DNA from: Candidatus Methylomirabilia bacterium
GTDB taxonomy: Bacteria > Methylomirabilota > Methylomirabilia > Rokubacteriales > CSP1-6
Length of the DNA: 15,573 nt
Assembly: GCA_041496385.1 (NCBI GenBank)
Contig: JBGQEL010000095.1
Span: 1 to 15,573, forward strand
Direction of reading: 5' to 3'
Below the pieces are notes generated by a model that had not been told where the DNA came from, ran no database searches, and worked only from the letters and a program-made list of their open reading frames with translations. Shown in pieces: positions 1-8,066 of the stretch (its first letter is position 1; every line of letters starts with the position of its first letter). Made by a program: the position numbers and the translations under genes.

Positions 1-1
1 G

Positions 2-709
2 CAGCCCGACGGCTCGTGGAAGATGCTCAAGGATCCCGACGACAAGGGCGGAGACAACAACACGTACTACGAAGACAAGATGGCGATGATCTGGAACATC
101 AACTCGCCGGCCTTCGAGCAGAAGGGCTGCATGGCCGCCTGCCATACGGGCGAGGGCAAGGCCTATGGCAACAAGTACCTCCCGAACCAGGGCGAGAAAG
201 CAGACATCTGGCACTGGAAGAGCGTGCGCACGGGCTCGGTCGGCCAGATCGACGACCAGTATCTCGACGACACCCGCTACGATCCCGCGAAAGCGCCGGA
301 GGCCGGCCGCAAGAGCGATCCGAAGACCGGCGGCGGCTACGCGGACAACGTGAGCGACGACAAGAAGGGTCCGAGGTTCGCGCTGAAGGGTAACAAGCCC
401 GCGCCGCCCTACTGGATCGTGGACGCCGAAAAGGAGCCGTTCGACGACTCGAAGTACAAGGCGGGTGACGAGGTGCCGGGGATCATCGTCGCCCCGTTCA
501 CCGGCGACCGCGGCGACATCAGCGTGCGGGCCGAGTGGAAGGACGGCGTGTGGACGCTGGTATTCTGGCGGAAGCTCGTGACCGCCGGCGAGTACGACGT
601 GCAATTCAACGACCCGAAGAAACAGTACGCGTTCGGTGTGGCCGTGTTCGACAACGCGCAGGTGCGCCACGCGTACACCCCGGGCGTGCTCAGGCTCACG
701 TTCGAGTAG
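2..709 (+). CDS. Ethylbenzene dehydrogenase-related (EB_dh / DOMON-like) haem-binding protein, 5'-truncated by the window edge
   Basis: Frame is open from position 2 (QPDGSWKMLKD...), so the ATG at 23 is probably internal. Motifs YEDKMAMIW, DIWHWKSVRT, GDRGDI..A.WKDGVWTL...RKLVT....DVQF, FGVAVFDN...H match my recollection of the EB_dh family. Also carries a CX3CH (CMAACH, 128-145). Stop TAG 707-709. Confidence 0.8.
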   Translation, partial: QPDGSWKMLKDPDDKGGDNNTYYEDKMAMIWNINSPAFEQKGCMAACHTGEGKAYGNKYLPNQGEKADIWHWKSVRTGSVGQIDDQYLDDTRYDPAKAPEAGRKSDPKTGGGYADNVSDDKKGPRFALKGNKPAPPYWIVDAEKEPFDDSKYKAGDEVPGIIVAPFTGDRGDISVRAEWKDGVWTLVFWRKLVTAGEYDVQFNDPKKQYAFGVAVFDNAQVRHAYTPGVLRLTFE

Positions 710-712
710 CCG

Positions 713-739
713 GCTGGTAGTGCATTCGCACTACCCAGC
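713..739. repeat. Inverted repeat / hairpin 1 directly after the first gene
   Basis: GGTAGTGC (716-723) - ATTC - GCACTACC (728-735) is a perfect 8-bp stem, extendable by GCT (713-715)/AGC (737-739) across a 1-nt bulge. Confidence 0.7.
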
Positions 740-746
740 GGGAAAG

Positions 747-786
747 ATCGCCGAGAGGGAAGTCGTCCTCTCGGCGATTGTCTTCC
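747..786 (+). terminator. Strong hairpin, possible intrinsic terminator or mRNA stabiliser
   Basis: ATCGCCGAGAGG (747-758) - 8-nt loop - CCTCTCGGCGAT (767-778) is a perfect 12-bp stem, followed by only a weak T-rich tail (TGTCTTCC). Confidence 0.5.
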
Positions 787-816
787 ATCGTGGCGAGCGC
801 TTAGGATAGTCGCGCC

Positions 817-2007
817 GTGAGGATGACCTGCCTCGCCCTCGTGCCGCTCCTTCTGTCCCTCGCCCTGTACCCTCTGCCGGTTGAAGCGCAGCCGCTCTTC
901 ACGCCGACGCAGGACCCTCTCGCAGGCTCAAAGGTCTTCGGCGCAAAGGGCTGCGTGAAGTGTCACGCCGTGAACGGCGCCGGCGGCAAGGTCGGCCCGG
1001 ACCTCGGACGCGTGGAGCGCCCGAGGTCGTTCCACGATCTGGCCGCCGCGCTCTGGAATCACGCGCCGCGGATGGCCGACCGCATGCGGGAGCTCCGCAT
1101 CGCGCGGCCCCAGCTGGACGCGCGCGAGGCGGGCGACCTCGTCGCGTTCCTGTTCACGGTCGACTATTTCGATCGGCGGGGCGACGCGCTGGCCGGCCGC
1201 CGGCTCTTCGCCGAGAAGCGATGCGTGGCCTGTCACCAGGTCGGCGGGACGGGCGGCGTCGTCGGGCCGAGCCTCGACTTCCTGCGGCAGTACGGGTCCC
1301 CCATCTTCCTCGCGACCTCCATGTGGAACCACGGCCCGCAGATGATCGAGGCGATGAAGGCCAGGGGAATCGCGCGGCCGACGTTCAAGGACGCGGAGCT
1401 CGCCGACCTGGTCGCCTACATCAATTCGGCTTCGCCGGTGCTGCCGCAGGGGCCGCTCTACGTCCTGCCCGGCCGCGCGACCGAGGGGCGCGTGCTCTTC
1501 GCCCAGCGGCGCTGCATCGAGTGCCACAGCGTCGCCGGTCAGGGAGGCAAGGTCGGCCCGGACCTGGCCGAGCGTGGTCTCCACCGAAGCCTCGGCCAGT
1601 TCGCCGCGGCGATGTGGAACAAGGCGCCGGCCATGCTCGAGGCGATGAAGACCCGATCCATCGCGCTGCCGCGCCTGAAGCCGGACGAGATGGCCGACAT
1701 CGTCGCCTACCTCTACGCGGTCCGGTACTTCGGGCCGGCCGGCGACCCCAAGCGGGGCGCGTCCATCGCGAGCGCCAAGGGCTGTCTCGGCTGCCACGGT
1801 CTCTACGGCGAGCGCGGCAAGCCGGCGAGCGATCTCGTCAAGGCGAGGGGTCTCGACTCGCCCCCGGCGGTGCTGTCCGCCATGTGGAACCACACCTTCG
1901 TCGGCGATCCGCAGGCGACGCGCGAGAAGGCGCGCTGGGCGGAGATCGGGTCCGACGAGATGGCCGATCTGATCGCCTATCTCCAGTCGCTGAGGCGACC
2001 GCAGTGA
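817..2007 (+). CDS. Periplasmic tetrahaem c-type cytochrome made of four tandem class-I-like domains
   Basis: Signal peptide (…LPVEA|QP). Four CxxCH (CVKCH, CVACH, CIECH, CLGCH), each in a repeat G..F..K.CxxCH...G.VGPDL...WN(H/K).P.M...EMADL.AYL. Start is GTG 817 or ATG 823. Confidence 0.9.
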   Translation: MRMTCLALVPLLLSLALYPLPVEAQPLFTPTQDPLAGSKVFGAKGCVKCHAVNGAGGKVGPDLGRVERPRSFHDLAAALWNHAPRMADRMRELRIARPQLDAREAGDLVAFLFTVDYFDRRGDALAGRRLFAEKRCVACHQVGGTGGVVGPSLDFLRQYGSPIFLATSMWNHGPQMIEAMKARGIARPTFKDAELADLVAYINSASPVLPQGPLYVLPGRATEGRVLFAQRRCIECHSVAGQGGKVGPDLAERGLHRSLGQFAAAMWNKAPAMLEAMKTRSIALPRLKPDEMADIVAYLYAVRYFGPAGDPKRGASIASAKGCLGCHGLYGERGKPASDLVKARGLDSPPAVLSAMWNHTFVGDPQATREKARWAEIGSDEMADLIAYLQSLRRPQ

Positions 2008-3302
2008 GGGGCGCCAACCTCGTCGTGGCCCTGGCGCTCCTCGCGCTCGCCGCGGCGTCACCCGCGTGGGCGCAGCCGGCGCCGCCCACGGAGGGGTGCC
2101 CCGCGTGTCACCTCGAGACGGGTGACGAGCGCCTCGCGAATCCGGTGAAGGCCTTCGCGGCCGACATCCACAGGGCCAAGGGCTTCGGCTGCATCGCCTG
2201 CCACGGCGGCGATGCGCGCGAGGCCGGTATGGAGGCCATGGATCCGTCCAAGGGCTACATCGGAAAGCCGAACCGTCAGCAGACGGTCCAGGTCTGCGGG
2301 CGCTGCCACGCGGACGCGCGATTCATGAAGCAGTACAACCCGTCCCTGCGCGTGGATCAGGTGGCGGAGTACGCGACCTCGGTCCACGGGCGGCGCCTGC
2401 GGGAGCTCGACGACCCGAAGGTCGCCGTGTGCTCGAGCTGCCACCCGGCGCACGCGATCAAGCCGAAGTCGGATCCGGCCTCGAGCATTCACCCCCTGCG
2501 CGTGGCGGAGACGTGCGGGCGCTGTCACGCCGACGCCAAGTACATGGCCGAGTACAAGATCCCGACGGACCAGCTCGAGAAGTACCGGAAGAGCGTCCAC
2601 TGGAAGACGATGTCGGCGAAGGGCGACCTCTCGGCCCCGACGTGCAACAGCTGTCACGGCAACCACGGCGCGGCGCCGCCGGGCGTGAGCTGGGTGGGCA
2701 ACGTGTGCGGGCAGTGCCACACGGTCATGGGCGAGCTGTTCGCGAAGAGCGTGCACGCCAAGGCGTTCGCCCAGATAGGCGCGCCCGGCTGCGCGACCTG
2801 CCACAACAACCACGATATCGAGCCGGCGAGCGTCGAGATGGTGGGGCTCGGCGGCCCGGCGGTCTGCAGCACGTGCCACGCGGCGGACGACAAGGGTGGT
2901 CGCGCCGCGGTCGAGATCCGGCGGCTGGTCGACACCCTGCGCGTCGAGCAGGAGGGGGCGCGCGCGATCCTCGAGCGCGCGGAGCACGCGGGCATGGAGG
3001 TCAGCCAGGCCCGCTTCGAATTGAACGGCGCCAATGACGCGCTCGTCAAGACGCGGGCCTCGGTCCACGCGTTCAGCCTCGAGGCCACGAAGAAGGAGGC
3101 CGAGCCGGGGCTCGCGATCAGCGCCAAGGCCTACGCGCGCGGCGTACGGGCTCTCGACGAGCTCCAGTTCCGCCGCAAGGGCCTCGGCGTCTCGCTCATG
3201 GTGATCCTCGCCCTGATCGCCGGGCTCGTCGTCAAGATTCGCCAGCTCGATCGCCGATCGCAGGCGGGGAACGCAGGCTCAAATTCTGGAGGCGAGCGAT
3301 GA
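2004..3302 (+). CDS. Nonahaem c-type cytochrome with signal peptide and C-terminal membrane anchor (432 aa), probable cytochrome c partner of the Rieske/cyt b complex
   Basis: True start is GTG 2004 overlapping the upstream stop (GTGA); the N-terminal extension of the 960..3302 ORF is spurious. Signal peptide [23 protein letters not shown]. Nine CxxCH with repeated (Y/F)xxSVH distal-His motifs, then a helical region and TM segment [20 protein letters not shown]. Confidence 0.9.
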   Translation: MRGANLVVALALLALAAASPAWAQPAPPTEGCPACHLETGDERLANPVKAFAADIHRAKGFGCIACHGGDAREAGMEAMDPSKGYIGKPNRQQTVQVCGRCHADARFMKQYNPSLRVDQVAEYATSVHGRRLRELDDPKVAVCSSCHPAHAIKPKSDPASSIHPLRVAETCGRCHADAKYMAEYKIPTDQLEKYRKSVHWKTMSAKGDLSAPTCNSCHGNHGAAPPGVSWVGNVCGQCHTVMGELFAKSVHAKAFAQIGAPGCATCHNNHDIEPASVEMVGLGGPAVCSTCHAADDKGGRAAVEIRRLVDTLRVEQEGARAILERAEHAGMEVSQARFELNGANDALVKTRASVHAFSLEATKKEAEPGLAISAKAYARGVRALDELQFRRKGLGVSLMVILALIAGLVVKIRQLDRRSQAGNAGSNSGGER

Positions 3303-3754
3303 CCGAGGCCACGCCGGGGCCCGATACGGGGCGCAGAGGGTTCGTCAACTGGCTGCTCGCGACGAGCGCGGGAGCCTTCCTGGTCTCGGTGCTCTATCCG
3401 GTGACCCGCTACCTCGTGCCCCCGCAGGTCGCGGAGTCCTCGGCGGCGAGCGTGACGGTGCCGGTCAAGGCCGGCGACGTCAAGCCGAATACGGGCCAGA
3501 TCTTCAAGTTCGGCAACAAGCCGGCAATCCTCGTCCGGACGCCGGCGGGCGAGCTCAAGGCCTTCTCCGCCGTCTGCACGCACCTGAACTGCACCGTGCA
3601 GTTCCGTCCGGACCTCGGCCACATCTGGTGTGCCTGTCACAACGGCCACTTCGACCTCAACGGCCAGAACATCGCGGGCCCACCCCCGCGGCCGCTGGAC
3701 GCGTTCGTCGTCAACGTCCGCGGAGCGCAAGTCGTGGTGAGCAAGGGCGCCTGA
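3299..3754 (+). CDS. qcrA: Rieske [2Fe-2S] subunit of a Rieske/cytochrome b complex
   Basis: Tat-like GRRGFVNWL plus TM helix; box I CTHLNC, box II CACHNG, and GPPPRPL. ATGA overlap with the upstream gene. Confidence 0.95.
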   Translation: MTEATPGPDTGRRGFVNWLLATSAGAFLVSVLYPVTRYLVPPQVAESSAASVTVPVKAGDVKPNTGQIFKFGNKPAILVRTPAGELKAFSAVCTHLNCTVQFRPDLGHIWCACHNGHFDLNGQNIAGPPPRPLDAFVVNVRGAQVVVSKGA

Positions 3755-4854
3755 TGGCCGCGCCGGAGGCGCCGCGCGGCAGGCTCTGGACCTGGCTCGA
3801 CGAGCGAATCGGCCTTTCCGACTTCGAGTACCTCGCCCGGAAGAAGCAGGTCCCGGTTCACCGCCACGGGCTCTGGTACTACTTCGGCGGGATGACGCTC
3901 TTCCTCTTCGTGGTCCAGGTGATCACGGGGGTGCTCCTGCTGCTCTACTACCGGCCGAGCGCCGAGGAGGCCTACGAGTCCGTCCAGTTCCTGATGGCCG
4001 AGGTCGAGTTCGGCTGGCTGATCCGCTCCATCCACGCGTGGTCGGCCAACCTCATGATCTTCGCCCTGTTCGTCCACATGTTCAGCGTGCTCCTGCTCGG
4101 GGCCTATCGGCCCCCGCGCGAGATGACGTGGTTCTCGGGCGTGGCGCTGCTCGGGCTCGCGCTCGGGTTCGGCTTCACCGGCTATCTCCTTCCCTGGAAC
4201 GAGCTGGCGTACTTCGCCACGAAGGTCGGCACCGAGATCACGGGCGCGGTGCCGCTCGTCGGCGCCTTCCTTCTGCGCCTGCTGCGCGGCGGCAACGACG
4301 TCACGGGCGCCACGCTGACACGCTTCTACGGGATCCACGTGGCGGTTCTGCCGTTGCTCGTCACCGCCCTGCTCGGCCTCCATCTCTTCCTCGTGCAGAA
4401 GCACGGGATGAGCGTTCCGCCGTCGGTCGAGCGGCGCGGTGAGCCGCGGCGGACCATGCCGTTCGTCCCGAACTTCCTCTTGCGCGACATCGTCGGCTGG
4501 CTCTCGGCGCTGGCGATCCTCGCGGCGCTCGCCGCGTTCCTGCCGGCCGAGCTCGGCAAGAAGGCCGATCCGTTCGCGCCGGCGCCGATCGGCATCAAGC
4601 CCGAGTGGTACTTCGTGTTCATGTTCCAGACCCTGAAGTACCTGCCGAGCCACATCCTCGGCATGGAGGGCGAGGTCGTCGGCATCGTCGGCTTCGGCCT
4701 CGGCGGGCTGTTCCTCCTGCTCGTTCCCTTCCTCGATCGCCGCGCGGCGCGGGGCGACCCGGGCGGCCGGCTCTTCACGTGGATCGGGATCGCCCTCATC
4801 GTCTACGTGCTCGTGCTCACCTATCTCGGGTACACTGCGAATCCGACGAAGTAA
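3754..4854 (+). CDS. qcrB: Cytochrome b subunit (cyt b6-like N-terminal part and subunit-IV-like part in one polypeptide, 366 aa)
   Basis: Start ATG 3754 (TGATG overlap). [18 protein letters not shown]...[20 protein letters not shown]...GLH give four haem-b His ligands. Qo motif IKPEWYF (PEWY 4600-4611). Confidence 0.95.
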   Translation: MAAPEAPRGRLWTWLDERIGLSDFEYLARKKQVPVHRHGLWYYFGGMTLFLFVVQVITGVLLLLYYRPSAEEAYESVQFLMAEVEFGWLIRSIHAWSANLMIFALFVHMFSVLLLGAYRPPREMTWFSGVALLGLALGFGFTGYLLPWNELAYFATKVGTEITGAVPLVGAFLLRLLRGGNDVTGATLTRFYGIHVAVLPLLVTALLGLHLFLVQKHGMSVPPSVERRGEPRRTMPFVPNFLLRDIVGWLSALAILAALAAFLPAELGKKADPFAPAPIGIKPEWYFVFMFQTLKYLPSHILGMEGEVVGIVGFGLGGLFLLLVPFLDRRAARGDPGGRLFTWIGIALIVYVLVLTYLGYTANPTK

Positions 4855-4873
4855 GGTGGAAAGGGGAACCCGC

Positions 4874-5242
4874 ATGCGTCCATCGAGCTACTGCGCCGCT
4901 CTCGTGGTGATCGGCCTGGCGGTGCTGATCGCGGCAATCGCCGTGGCCCCGGCCCAGGTCAAGGTCCCCGCGGACTTCGCCTTCGAGCAGGGCAAGGACA
5001 GCCCCGGGGCCGTCACCTTCAGCCACGAGAAGCACCGGGCGAAGATCGACAAGTGCCAGGCCTGCCACGTGAAGGTCTTCAAGATGAAGAAGGGCACCTC
5101 GGGCCCGATCTCGATGGCGAAGATCAAGGCGGGCGAGCAGTGCGGCGCGTGTCACACCGGGAAGGCGGCGGAGGCCGCGGGCGGCACGGTCGTGTTCGCC
5201 GCGGACGACAAGGCCAACTGCGAGAAGTGCCACAAGAAGTGA
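4874..5242 (+). CDS. Cytochrome c7-type (PpcA-like) periplasmic trihaem cytochrome
   Basis: ATG 4874 preceded by AAGGGG. Signal peptide, then V.FSHEKH, CQACH, CGACH(TG), NCEKCH in ~95 mature residues. The MAKI..G..CGACH segment suggests the His/Met c7-domain variant. Confidence 0.85.
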   Translation: MRPSSYCAALVVIGLAVLIAAIAVAPAQVKVPADFAFEQGKDSPGAVTFSHEKHRAKIDKCQACHVKVFKMKKGTSGPISMAKIKAGEQCGACHTGKAAEAAGGTVVFAADDKANCEKCHKK

Positions 5243-5251
5243 GCTGACGGC

Positions 5252-5854
5252 ATGCGACGGGCGCTCGCCGTCGTTGCGCTGCTCTTCGGCGCCGGCGCGG
5301 CCGTCGTCACGCCGGTCGCGGGCCAGGGGACGCCCGACGCCGCGCGCGGGCAGGAGGTCTTCGCCGCGAAGCAATGCGCGCGCTGTCACGTTCCCCGCGC
5401 GCGCCGCGGCGTGGGACCGGCGCTCGAGGAGCTGCGCCGGCCGCAGGGCGCATACGAGCTGACCGGCCGGCTCTGGAACCACGCGCCCGCGATGTTCACG
5501 GTGCTCAGGCAGGAAGGCGTCGAGTGGCCGCGGATCAGCGCCGCCGAGATGAGCGACCTCATGGCCTATCTGCAGGCCGATCCCCGGCGCGATCCGGCCC
5601 CGGATCTCACCCGGGGCCAGCAGGCGCTCATCGGCAAAGGCTGCCTCAAGTGCCACTCCCTGCGTGGGGAGGGCGGCCGGGTCGGGCCCGATCTGGCGGA
5701 GCGTCGTGACCGCTTCGCGCCAGCACCGAGCTGGGCGGCCACGATGTGGAGTCACACGCCCGCCATGGCCGCGGTCGCCATCCGGCAGGGCGTGCTCTAC
5801 CCGCGCTTTTCGGGCGACGAGATGGTGAACCTCGTCGGGTATCTTCGCCGCTGA
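5252..5854 (+). CDS. Periplasmic dihaem c-type cytochrome, paralogue of the 817-2007 repeat domain
   Basis: Signal peptide; CARCH and CLKCH, each followed by VGP.L...W(N/S)H.PAM...EM..L..YL. Confidence 0.9.
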   Translation: MRRALAVVALLFGAGAAVVTPVAGQGTPDAARGQEVFAAKQCARCHVPRARRGVGPALEELRRPQGAYELTGRLWNHAPAMFTVLRQEGVEWPRISAAEMSDLMAYLQADPRRDPAPDLTRGQQALIGKGCLKCHSLRGEGGRVGPDLAERRDRFAPAPSWAATMWSHTPAMAAVAIRQGVLYPRFSGDEMVNLVGYLRR

Positions 5855-5859
5855 GCCCG

Positions 5860-6729
5860 ATGAACCGCAGGACGACGCTCGTCCTCATCTTCGTCGTGGC
5901 CCTCGTCGCGCTCGGCGGCGCGGCGGGCGCCGGCCTCTGGCACGTGAGCGCGAGCCCGCGCTTCTGCAACTCGTGTCACATCATGCGTCCCTACGTGGAC
6001 GCGTGGCGGGCTTCCAGGCACGCCGAGGTCCCGTGCGTCCAGTGCCACTACCCCCCCGGGCTTCGAGACACGCTGCGGGTGAAGTTCCAGGCGGCGACGC
6101 AGGTGGTGAAGTGGGCGACCGGGACGTACAGCTCGAAGCCGTTCGCCGAGGTCGAGGACGCGAGCTGCCTCCGATCGGGCTGCCACGCGACGAGCGACTT
6201 GGAAAGGAAGGGCGCCCGCCCGTTCGGGCGCGGAATCCGGTTCGACCACGGCCCACACCTCCATGCGTCGAAGACCATGTGGCAGCTTCGCTGCACGAGC
6301 TGCCATGCGCAGGTCGTCGTGGGCAAGCACTTCGAGATCGAGCAGTCGACCTGCTTCACGTGCCACTTCAAGGGCACGCGGGGGGACCGCGAGCTGACCC
6401 CCGTCGCCGGCTGCACGAGCTGCCACGTGCCGCCGGCGGGCGACATCGAGGTGGGTTCGGTCCGGTTCAATCATGGCGACATGGTGCGACGAGGCGTCGC
6501 CTGCCAGAGCTGTCACCTGAACGTCGTGCAGGGGCAGGGCGAAGCACCGCGCGAGCGCTGTCTCACGTGTCACAACCAGCCGGAGAAGCTCGAACGCTAC
6601 GAGGACCGGGTGAAGATCCACGCGGTCCACGTGACGGACAAGACGATCGACTGCGTGCGCTGCCATACGGAGATCAGGCACCGACTGCCGTCGCCGATCG
6701 GCGTGCCGACGGCCGCGGCAATCCCGTGA
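5860..6729 (+). CDS. NapC/NirT/NrfH-family membrane-anchored multihaem cytochrome, extended (8 CxxCH + 1 CX4CH; 289 aa)
   Basis: ATG 5860; single N-terminal TM helix; S.P.FCNSCHIM (CxxCHxM), W..S.H..V.CVQCH and downstream Lys (KFQAA) are typical of the family. Then CLRSGCH and six more CxxCH. Confidence 0.85.
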   Translation: MNRRTTLVLIFVVALVALGGAAGAGLWHVSASPRFCNSCHIMRPYVDAWRASRHAEVPCVQCHYPPGLRDTLRVKFQAATQVVKWATGTYSSKPFAEVEDASCLRSGCHATSDLERKGARPFGRGIRFDHGPHLHASKTMWQLRCTSCHAQVVVGKHFEIEQSTCFTCHFKGTRGDRELTPVAGCTSCHVPPAGDIEVGSVRFNHGDMVRRGVACQSCHLNVVQGQGEAPRERCLTCHNQPEKLERYEDRVKIHAVHVTDKTIDCVRCHTEIRHRLPSPIGVPTAAAIP

Positions 6730-8066
6730 AGGCGCCGATCGCGCTCGACATACTCGCCCGCGCCCTGCTCGTGGCCGTCGTGGCGGCAACGCTCACGCCG
6801 CCGGCCTTCGCGCAGGGGCCGAAGGCCCCCGCACCCTCCGCACCCGAACGGCCGCGGCCGCCGCATCGCGAGGGGGAGCTGGAATGCCGCACCTGTCATC
6901 TCGGCAAGCACCAGGGCATCGTCCAGATGTATCTGGGCATCGGCGGCCGCGGGACGCCGACCATTCCGAGCCACATGTTCCAGGTGCGCGTCGAATGCAT
7001 CGCCTGCCACACGACGGCGAGCGTGCCCGCCGGGGCTGCGGAGCTGGGCGGCCAGACGTTCAGGCCGAGCGAGCAGGCGTGCGTCGGTTGCCACGGCGAG
7101 AAGTACCGCGGCATGCTGAGCCAGTGGACGACGACGCTGACCCGGATGCTCGAGGTCGTCTCGCCCAAGCTCACGGTGACGCGCGCGACGCTCGACGGCG
7201 CCGACCGCAGCAACCCGAAGGCGACACGCGCACGGACCCTCGTGGACGACGCGGAGTTCAACGTCCGCTACGTGGTGTTCGCCAAGGGCGTTCACAACGT
7301 GTTCTACGCCGCCGACCTTCTGAAGCTGGCCAACGGCTGGCTTGACGAGGCGACGGCGCTCCTCGGCAAATCGCCCGTCAAGGGGGACGACCAGCTCGTC
7401 CGCGGCGGCTACTGCGCGGCGCTCTGCCACGAAGCCGCGCGCGTGAAGCTCCTGGACACCGTGACGTACCGGAAGCTGAAGGTCCCCCACGCGCGCCACG
7501 TGGCCGAGTTCGGCGCGACCTGCACGTCGTGCCACTCGGCGGAGACCCACAAGGCGCTCACCGCGACGCCCACGACGTGCTCGACGTGCCACCACCACCC
7601 ACAGAACGAGCGCTGCGAGGGGTGCCATCGAGCGCAGGCGGCCTTCTACCGTGGCGAGACGAAAACGGAGCTCGGGAAGGTCGAGCCGAACGTGATGTCC
7701 GCCGCCGTGTCATGCACCGGCTGCCACGACTGGAGCCGCGCGCACTCCCGCGCCGCGGTCGGGGACAAGTGCACCGGCTGCCACGAGCCGCCCTACACGG
7801 CGCTCCTGACCGAGTGGACGGCCGGCTTCGCCCGGGATCTCCGGGCGACCGCCGCCGCGGTCAACGGCGCCGAGGCGGCCGTCGCGCGCGCCCGGCGGGC
7901 TGGACGCGCCGTCGCGGAGGCCGAAGCGTCGCTGAAGAGCGCCCGCGAGGCGCTCGCGCTCGTCGCCGCCGCCCGGCCCGCGCACAACCCGCCGGCCGCG
8001 GACGCGCTGCTCGGCGCCGCGCGCCGCAAGGCGCAGGAGGCCCAGGCGCTCGTGGGAGGCCGATGA
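6726..8066 (+). CDS. Exported multihaem c-type cytochrome (8 CxxCH + 1 CX3CH; 446 aa) with an internally duplicated haem/helical module
   Basis: GTG 6726 overlaps the upstream stop (GTGA). Signal peptide ending PAFA|QG. Motifs CRTCH, CIACH, CVGCH, CAALCH, CTSCH, CSTCH, CEGCH, CTGCH, CTGCH. Confidence 0.88.
   Translation: MKAPIALDILARALLVAVVAATLTPPAFAQGPKAPAPSAPERPRPPHREGELECRTCHLGKHQGIVQMYLGIGGRGTPTIPSHMFQVRVECIACHTTASVPAGAAELGGQTFRPSEQACVGCHGEKYRGMLSQWTTTLTRMLEVVSPKLTVTRATLDGADRSNPKATRARTLVDDAEFNVRYVVFAKGVHNVFYAADLLKLANGWLDEATALLGKSPVKGDDQLVRGGYCAALCHEAARVKLLDTVTYRKLKVPHARHVAEFGATCTSCHSAETHKALTATPTTCSTCHHHPQNERCEGCHRAQAAFYRGETKTELGKVEPNVMSAAVSCTGCHDWSRAHSRAAVGDKCTGCHEPPYTALLTEWTAGFARDLRATAAAVNGAEAAVARARRAGRAVAEAEASLKSAREALALVAAARPAHNPPAADALLGAARRKAQEAQALVGGR

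Noticed and set aside
960..2003. N-terminal ~350 aa of the 780-aa ORF (likewise the upstream extensions of ORFs at 3628, 5746, 5973, 7529, 9002)
   Set aside because: Arg/Pro/Gly-rich off-frame translation overlapping real genes. True starts with signal peptides and stop/start overlaps or SD lie at 2004, 3754, 5860, 6726, 8063 and 9074.
5240..5854. Other TGA stops (5240-5242, 5852-5854, etc.) as further Sec codons
   Set aside because: They occur at natural protein ends, not at Cys-equivalent positions, and are followed within a few codons by another stop or the next gene.
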